Shown here one piece after another: positions 59,230 to 64,000 of a DNA stretch of 64,000 bases (position 1 is its first letter; every line of letters begins with the position of its first letter). Made by a program: the position numbers and the translations under genes. Origin of the DNA: Pseudomonadota bacterium (GTDB taxonomy: Archaea; Thermoplasmatota; SW-10-69-26; JACQPN01; JAJPHT01). Location: assembly GCA_021325135.1 (NCBI GenBank), contig JAJPHT010000051.1, positions 1 through 64,000 on the forward strand, written 5' to 3'. The notes beneath the pieces are model-generated. The model was not told where the DNA came from, did not search any database, and saw only the letters and a program-made list of their open reading frames with translations.

Positions 59230-59811
59230 TCTCTGGTCAAGGGTCCAAAGAACGCGATGAGCGCGAAGAGCGCCAAGGTCGCGACGAGCGGGGAACGACT
59301 TATGATCCGGCTTGCGCCCGCAGGGCGGTGCCCCGCGATTGGCTCCAGGACGCGGACGTCGAACTGCCGGCGGAGATCGAAGCGGCGGGAGCCGACGTGC
59401 TTGACGTCGCTTTCAGGGTCCACACCGCCATCGGGCCCGGCGCGCTGGAAAGCGTGTACCAGAAGTGCATGGCGCTCGGCCTCCGCAAGCGCGGCCGCGA
59501 GGTGGAGGAGAGGGTCTGGGTCGACGTCTCGTTCGAGGAGGAGATCATCGAGCGGGTGCTCCAGATCGACCTGCTCGTGGATGGCGCGGTCGTCGTCGAA
59601 ATGAAAGCGGTCGACACCCTCGCAGATGTCCACATGGCCCAGCTCGTCTCGTACTTGCGCCTCGGCCAACACCCGCTGGGCTACCTGCTCAACTTCCACG
59701 TCTCGCGGATGAAAGCCGGAATCCACCGGAGGATCAACAGTCGTGCCCTTCCCCCGTCGCGACCTTGGCGCTCTTTGCGCTCATCGCGTTCTTTGGACCC
59801 TTGACCAGAGA
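59230..59811. mobile_element. 582-bp TIR-bounded element carrying a GxxExxY nuclease gene
   Basis: 57-bp inverted repeats (59230-59286 / 59755-59811, one mismatch) enclose a TTATG promoter-like box and a single ORF. Confidence 0.75.
59328..59804 (+). CDS. GxxExxY protein (PD-(D/E)XK nuclease family)
   Basis: VHTAIGPGALESVY, IDLLVDGAVVVEMKA, AQLVSYL, GYLLNF. Confidence 0.95.
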   Translation: MPRDWLQDADVELPAEIEAAGADVLDVAFRVHTAIGPGALESVYQKCMALGLRKRGREVEERVWVDVSFEEEIIERVLQIDLLVDGAVVVEMKAVDTLADVHMAQLVSYLRLGQHPLGYLLNFHVSRMKAGIHRRINSRALPPSRPWRSLRSSRSLDP

Positions 59812-59881
59812 GGCAAGAAAAGACACCATTGACCCAAGACCCAAACGCAACCCCCAAGACCCAAGGCGCCTACCCAGAAGA

Positions 59882-60790
59882 GTGCGCCGCGCCGCGCTCC
59901 TCCTCGTGCTGGTCGCCCTCAGCGGCTGCACCCTGGGCGGAGACCATCCCATCGTGGGGGGCTCGACGCCGGTGAGCACGACGCCGGGGGACGACCCGCA
60001 CTTCCCGCCGCTGCACTTCGGCGGCACGGTGGTGGACGCGTTGAGCGGCGCGCCCGTCACGGACGCCGAGGCGCACCTGGACCTGGCCGCGGTCGTGCCG
60101 TGCCGCAACGAGGGCCTCCTCTGGCAGCAGGACGCGCTGCCCTCGGGGGGCTTCGAGGGGCGCTTCGGTCCCGCCGAGGCGCCGCGTCCGCGCACGGACG
60201 ACTTCGCCTACTTCCTGCACGTCAACGCGCCCGGCTACGCGGAGAACGTCACGTTCATCGGGCCCGCGGAGGCGCGCGGCGACCTGGGCAACCTCACCGT
60301 CGTGCTGCATCCCAGCGCCGCGGTGGAGGGGACCGCGCCGCCGGGCACGGTGGTCGCGCTGGACGCGCCGGGCCACCCGCAACTGGCGGCCGCCGACGCC
60401 AACGGCACGTTCCGCATCGCGCCCGCCCGCGTGCTGCCCGCCTCCTTCGTCGCGGCCCTGGACGTGCCCTACGTGGATGTCGTGGCCGCGCCCGCGAACC
60501 TCACGCTCGCGGAAGGCAACGCCACGGGCTGGCGCGTGCAGGGGAGCGTGCACGCGCAGAGCGGCGCCGCGCTGGCGGCCGACGTGGTGGCGCGCAACGC
60601 GACGGGCGCGCTGGTGGGCGCCGCGCGCACGGCCGACGACGGCTCGTTCACCCTGCACGTCGCGCCCACGCCCGCGGACCTCACCCTCCAGGCCTGGACC
60701 GAGGACGGACGCTACGCCGGCGTGGCGCCGCTTCCCGTGAACGGAGCGCCCGCGACGCGCTTCCCCATCGTGGCGCGCGCGCAGTGCTAG
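59882..60790 (+). CDS. Lipoprotein with carboxypeptidase-regulatory-like domains
   Basis: Lipobox LSGC; GTVVDALSGAPV, ADANGTF, TADDGSF. Confidence 0.75.
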   Translation: MRRAALLLVLVALSGCTLGGDHPIVGGSTPVSTTPGDDPHFPPLHFGGTVVDALSGAPVTDAEAHLDLAAVVPCRNEGLLWQQDALPSGGFEGRFGPAEAPRPRTDDFAYFLHVNAPGYAENVTFIGPAEARGDLGNLTVVLHPSAAVEGTAPPGTVVALDAPGHPQLAAADANGTFRIAPARVLPASFVAALDVPYVDVVAAPANLTLAEGNATGWRVQGSVHAQSGAALAADVVARNATGALVGAARTADDGSFTLHVAPTPADLTLQAWTEDGRYAGVAPLPVNGAPATRFPIVARAQC

Positions 60791-60925
60791 TCTCTTCTTG
60801 CGCCGGGGGGCTCCGCCCCTTCAACCCCCGAATCACCGAATCTCCGACAGGGATTCTGAGATTCGGAGATTCGCGTCTTTCCCAGGGGGAAAGGGGGCGG
60901 AGCCCCCAGCGACAAGAAAAAGAGA
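60791..60925. repeat. Intergenic palindrome, family A core inside GGGGGCTCCGCCCC arms
   Basis: Fills the whole gap between convergent genes; core matches 30103-30150. Confidence 0.85.
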
Positions 60926-61243
60926 TCATTCGCCAGGCTTCGGGACGTAGTGCCCCGTCTGCCCGCCGCGGGCCTTCTCCTCGACGGCGTGGATCTGCTC
61001 GACCATGCGGCGCTCGAACTCCTGCGCCTTCTTGGGGTCGAGCTTGCCCTGGATGACCAGCCCCTGGAACTCCATGATCTTCGTGCGCAGGCGCCCGTGC
61101 TCGGCCTGCATCTCCAGGAAGCTCATGCGCTCGGGCAGGGGGCGGAGGTACTCGGACTCCAGCTCGGCCTCCAGGCGCTTCGCGTTGGCCTCGCGCTCGG
61201 CGGCCTTGCGGGCGCGGCGCTGCTCCGCGGTCTCCTCGGTCAT
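60926..61243 (-). CDS. Hypothetical helical protein
   Basis: 105-aa ORF with strong codon bias. Confidence 0.75.
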   Translation of the reverse strand: MTEETAEQRRARKAAEREANAKRLEAELESEYLRPLPERMSFLEMQAEHGRLRTKIMEFQGLVIQGKLDPKKAQEFERRMVEQIHAVEEKARGGQTGHYVPKPGE

Positions 61244-61286
61244 CAGCGGCGCGAGGCGGGGGCCGGTCCTAAATGCTTCTGCCCGC

Positions 61287-61676
61287 TCAGCGCGGCGCGG
61301 AGAAGTGGGCCATGGCGATGCGCAGGCCGTCCTTGGTGTCCACCAGCACGACGCTGGCGAGGCGGGTGGCCGTGACGGCGGTGCCCCAGAGGTCGCGCAC
61401 GGAGATGTCGTAGGCGAACGTCACGAGGGCCGTGCCCCCCTCCAAGGGCTCCACGAGGACGTCGTGCACCTCGACGCGGTCGATGAGGTGGCGCTCGATG
61501 TCGCGCTGGAGGCGGACGCGCACGTCCAGCCAGTCCTTCACGCGCTCGCCGTCGGAGAAGGTGACCAGCGGCTGGGGGTCGCGCAGGAACAGGTCGGAGA
61601 GGCGCTCGACGTCGCGGGCCTCCTGGGCGCGGGCCCAGGCCTGGACCAGCGCGTGGGCTGCGCCTCGGATCTCCAT
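61287..61676 (-). CDS. NTF2/SnoaL-like fold protein
   Basis: 129 aa ending in LRIAMAHFS, typical of SnoaL-like domains. Confidence 0.75.
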   Translation of the reverse strand: MEIRGAAHALVQAWARAQEARDVERLSDLFLRDPQPLVTFSDGERVKDWLDVRVRLQRDIERHLIDRVEVHDVLVEPLEGGTALVTFAYDISVRDLWGTAVTATRLASVVLVDTKDGLRIAMAHFSAPR

Positions 61677-61806
61677 CGGCCCGGGGTGCGCCCCGCGACT
61701 ATAAGAATCTCCTGGCTTTGGGGTCAAAGGGTCGTGTCCGAGCCTGGAAAAAGGCGCCCAACGCTTAAAGCGAGCCGCCTCCTTCGCGCTGGCCGAGGAG
61801 AACGGC

Positions 61807-62316
61807 GTGCGGCGCGACTCGGTGGTGGGCCTGGTGGGCGCCGTCATCCTGCTCGTCGCCCTCGTGGGCGTGTTCCGCTACGAGTCCGCCAACGTGGACA
61901 GCGGGCCTCTGTACGGCCTCGCGGCCGCGAAGACGGTGGGCGGCTTCGAGGGCAACGCGGCCCCCAACCAGCAGTACCTCTCCACCGTGGCGGTGAAGGA
62001 GGCCAACCTCACGCGGCTGGACTTCGTGCTGGACGCCTCCAGCGGCACGTTCAACCTCAGCGTGAAGGACCCCTCGGGCCAGGTGCGCGCCATGCAGGGC
62101 TCGGCTCCCGTGCGCGTGTCCTTCCCCGTGGCGCCCGTGCCCGCCAACGGCACGCAGCCCGCCAACGCGACCGCCGGCCAGGGGGCCTACACGGTCACCG
62201 TGACGCTGGTTTCGGGGGCTTCGGGCCCGCAGGTCCCGGTGACGGTGCCCGTGGTGGGGAGCAGCGGCACGCCGTTCAAGGTGACCGCCATGGCGACCTC
62301 CTACGAGGCGCGCTAA
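61807..62316 (+). CDS. Membrane-anchored hypothetical protein
   Basis: N-terminal TM helix, beta-rich domain, GAGGAG SD. Confidence 0.7.
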   Translation: MRRDSVVGLVGAVILLVALVGVFRYESANVDSGPLYGLAAAKTVGGFEGNAAPNQQYLSTVAVKEANLTRLDFVLDASSGTFNLSVKDPSGQVRAMQGSAPVRVSFPVAPVPANGTQPANATAGQGAYTVTVTLVSGASGPQVPVTVPVVGSSGTPFKVTAMATSYEAR

Positions 62317-62317
62317 A

Positions 62318-62429
62318 GGGGGGTTCGGGGGGCGAAGCCCCCTGACGTCTTGATCGTCGGATCAAAAACGAAAACGTCAGGGGGCTTCGCCCCCTGAAAC
62401 CCCCTCGGATCGCCGCGCTGCGGCGCGGC
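62318..62429. repeat. Intergenic palindrome, family C
   Basis: GGGGGCGAAGCCCCCTGACGT...ACGTCAGGGGGCTTCGCCCCC; inverted homolog of 38472-38586. Confidence 0.8.
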
Positions 62430-62454
62430 CGAACGACTCCCCGAAACCCCCGCC

Positions 62455-62652
62455 CTAGGCGTTCATGTCCGTGAACACCTTCTCCTTGCGGTACCCGAGC
62501 ACGTCGTACTTGCGTTGGGGCCAGTGCTCGTAGATCATCATCTGCCGGCGCAGGTAGTCCGAGCAGTTGAGAAGGTAGCGCTCGTAGGCGTCGCCCTGCT
62601 TCGGCGGCGCGGGGGAATCCAGGGAGAAGGGGGCGTCGTCGACGGATTCCAA
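62455..62652 (-). CDS. Small hypothetical protein (65 aa)
   Basis: TTG start ~26 nt from TTAAG; YERYLLNCSDYLRRQMMIYEHWPQRKYD. Confidence 0.6.
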   Translation of the reverse strand: MESVDDAPFSLDSPAPPKQGDAYERYLLNCSDYLRRQMMIYEHWPQRKYDVLGYRKEKVFTDMNA

Positions 62653-62706
62653 CGTGGAATCAGGGCCCCTCGGATTGCTTAAGCGTTTTGGAGCCGTGCA
62701 GGCGCC

Positions 62707-63990
62707 GTGGCCCGTCGCCGCCCCAGCTTCGCGACGTACGCCCGCCGCCGCTGGCGCGTCGTGGGGCTGCTCGTCGTGCTGCTGGCCGGCTCCCTCCTCA
62801 TCCTGGCCATCACCGACCGGGGGCACGACCCGACCTGGCAGGTCCGGGGGGCCGACACCGAGCAGGCGGCGCTCTCGCCCTCGGGCGACGCGGTGTACGC
62901 CCTGGTGCGCGGGCACGGGAACATCACGGCGCTGGACGCCCGCCGCGGCAGCGACGGGCACCTCCTCTGGGAGAGCCCCCTGAACGCGACGCGGGCGCTC
63001 CTCGTCGCGGGGGACGACGGCGTGGCCCTGGCCACGGACTTCCCGCAGGCGTTCCTCACCTTCTACGCCAAGGACGGCGCCGTCCGCTATCAGGTCCCCC
63101 TGGCCGGCGTGCCCCGCGCCATGGCCGTCGAGGGGCCCCGCGTGGCCCTCGCCCTCACGGCGCCCGACAACCCCGTCGTCGTCTACGACAACGGCACGCA
63201 GGCCATGGTCCACCGCTTCCCGGACTTCGTGAACGCGCTGGACATGCGCGGCGGCCGCCTCGCCGCGGGGACCGGCGCCGGGAGCGTGCGCATCGAGGGC
63301 GCGCTCAACGGCACGCTCCTCTACAACGGCTCCTTCTCCATCTCCGTGCGTAGCCTGCGCCTCGCGGGCGACGGCGGCTCCATGGTGCTTGGCGGGGCGA
63401 GCCTCCTCCAGGGGGACCTCACCGGCATGGTGGCGTTCGTCGACCTGCTCAGCGACCAGCCGGTGCGGTGGTCGAAGCAGACCACCTCGGGCGTAGGCTA
63501 CGTCGACCTGGACCGCGCGGGCCTCTGGGCCATCGCGGCGGAGACCGCGCCCCCCCGCGACGTCGTGCACGCCTACGAGGCCTACACGGGGCGCGAGCGC
63601 TGGAGCCGCGTCGTCGAGGGGGGCCTCGCCCAGGGGGACGCCAACGCGGGAGGCGGCGTCGCGCTCAGCGCCGACGGCCAGACCGTCGCGGTGGGCACGC
63701 TGCACGGCGGCATCGGCGCCTACCGCATGGTGGACGGCGCGCGCCTCTGGAGCTATCGCGCCGAGGGCACGACGCTGGTCGTCTTCGCGGGCGCCAACGG
63801 CGACGCCCTTCTGGCCAACGGCCGCTTCGCCGCGGGCGGCTCGGACTCGGGCCTCTTCTCCTTCTCCGTCGCGCGGGAGCCCTTCGCGGGGCGCCTCCCC
63901 GCGCTGGCGCTCCTGGTCGCCGCGCTGCTCATCGCCGCCGCGGCCGCGATCCTGGGCGTCGGATACTGGCGCCTGCGCCGCTCGTACTGA
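62707..63990 (+). CDS. PQQ/WD40-like beta-propeller membrane protein
   Basis: ALSPSG, ALSADG and G..LW repeats; N- and C-terminal TM helices. Confidence 0.8.
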   Translation: MARRRPSFATYARRRWRVVGLLVVLLAGSLLILAITDRGHDPTWQVRGADTEQAALSPSGDAVYALVRGHGNITALDARRGSDGHLLWESPLNATRALLVAGDDGVALATDFPQAFLTFYAKDGAVRYQVPLAGVPRAMAVEGPRVALALTAPDNPVVVYDNGTQAMVHRFPDFVNALDMRGGRLAAGTGAGSVRIEGALNGTLLYNGSFSISVRSLRLAGDGGSMVLGGASLLQGDLTGMVAFVDLLSDQPVRWSKQTTSGVGYVDLDRAGLWAIAAETAPPRDVVHAYEAYTGRERWSRVVEGGLAQGDANAGGGVALSADGQTVAVGTLHGGIGAYRMVDGARLWSYRAEGTTLVVFAGANGDALLANGRFAAGGSDSGLFSFSVAREPFAGRLPALALLVAALLIAAAAAILGVGYWRLRRSY

Positions 63991-64000
63991 CGCGTGGGGT

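Overview
This is very GC-rich sequence, most likely from an archaeon, plausibly Thermoplasmatota. The signs are a PolB with a C-terminal PIP box, TATA-like boxes about 26-29 nt upstream of leaderless starts, a PGF-CTERM-like sorting tail and an archaeal-type MutS. The window has two parts. (1) About 1-26,200 is an accessory, virus- or plasmid-like region whose left end lies outside the window. It carries a GP88-like Fe-S protein, a PAPS-reductase/PP-loop protein, a TGT/DpdA-like protein, a YkgJ-like protein, a DNA methyltransferase, many Zn-finger proteins, a ParB-domain protein, and a block of defence-like cargo (PLD-like, Abi/HEPN-like, DUF3800, DUF4917/SIR2-like). Its plus-strand genes share a non-TATA motif, YTGRACMAAGCCC, placed 26-28 nt before the ATG in 9 cases. 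This looks like an element-specific promoter, and it reveals microproteins missing from the ORF track. (2) About 26,300-64,000 is host chromosome: amino-acid and peptide ABC transporters, polB, gcvH, three peroxiredoxins, acyl-CoA dehydrogenase, a Rieske oxygenase, mutS-like, hicBA, tatC and menG/ubiE. It contains three families of intergenic palindromes. One family forms 57-bp terminal inverted repeats around a GxxExxY PD-(D/E)XK nuclease gene (59230-59811), and an empty copy of the same arms sits at 35485-35591. This is a candidate undescribed nuclease-driven mobile element with a non-autonomous partner. All family assignments come from motif recognition by eye; no searches were run.
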